From assembly GCA_037442925.1 (NCBI GenBank), contig JBBIPG010000053.1, positions 1 to 16,271 of the forward strand: DNA of 16,271 nt, written 5' to 3'. A model generated the notes under the pieces. That model worked only from the letters and a program-made list of their open reading frames with translations. It had not been told where the DNA came from and did not search any database. This document shows positions 16,226 to 16,271 of this stretch, in pieces (position 1 is the first letter of the stretch; the number at the start of each line of letters is the position of its first letter). This stretch comes from Candidatus Fraserbacteria bacterium. Lineage in GTDB: Bacteria > Bipolaricaulota > Bipolaricaulia > RBG-16-55-9. A program made the translations under genes and the position numbers.

Positions 16226-16271
16226 CCAGCCCCTCACCTCCGTGATCATCCGGATCAGGCGCCATCCCCAT

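Noticed and set aside
1..16271. CRISPR array or long tandem repeats
   Set aside because: No regularly spaced direct repeats were seen.

Overview
Bacterial chromosomal window with a conserved core between two decaying accessory flanks. Left flank (1-2568): a doubly frameshifted unknown gene, a DNA methyltransferase reduced to its ends around an intact 855-bp IS5-family element, and a half-length SLC13/TrkA-C permease. Core: mscS, then a four-gene minus-strand operon, a CPA2 cation:proton antiporter, and a divergent aroF-aroA-aroE operon followed by tRNA-Thr(CGT). The four-gene operon encodes an McdR/Rv1830-like MerR regulator fused to a GAF domain, a single-chain cobalamin-binding plus TIM-barrel glutamate-mutase-like enzyme, an AsnB amidotransferase and an opine dehydrogenase. 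It sits behind a near-consensus promoter with a palindromic operator. The aro operon has a candidate Phe-rich leader peptide. Right flank: a tRNA-anchored island remnant with a deleted tyrosine integrase, a frameshifted RNase HI-like gene, an intact Phd/VapC toxin-antitoxin pair and a hypothetical ORF. The best candidate for an undescribed system is the B12-enzyme/AsnB/opine dehydrogenase operon (3692-9069). All family calls are by-eye motif recognition; no searches were run.
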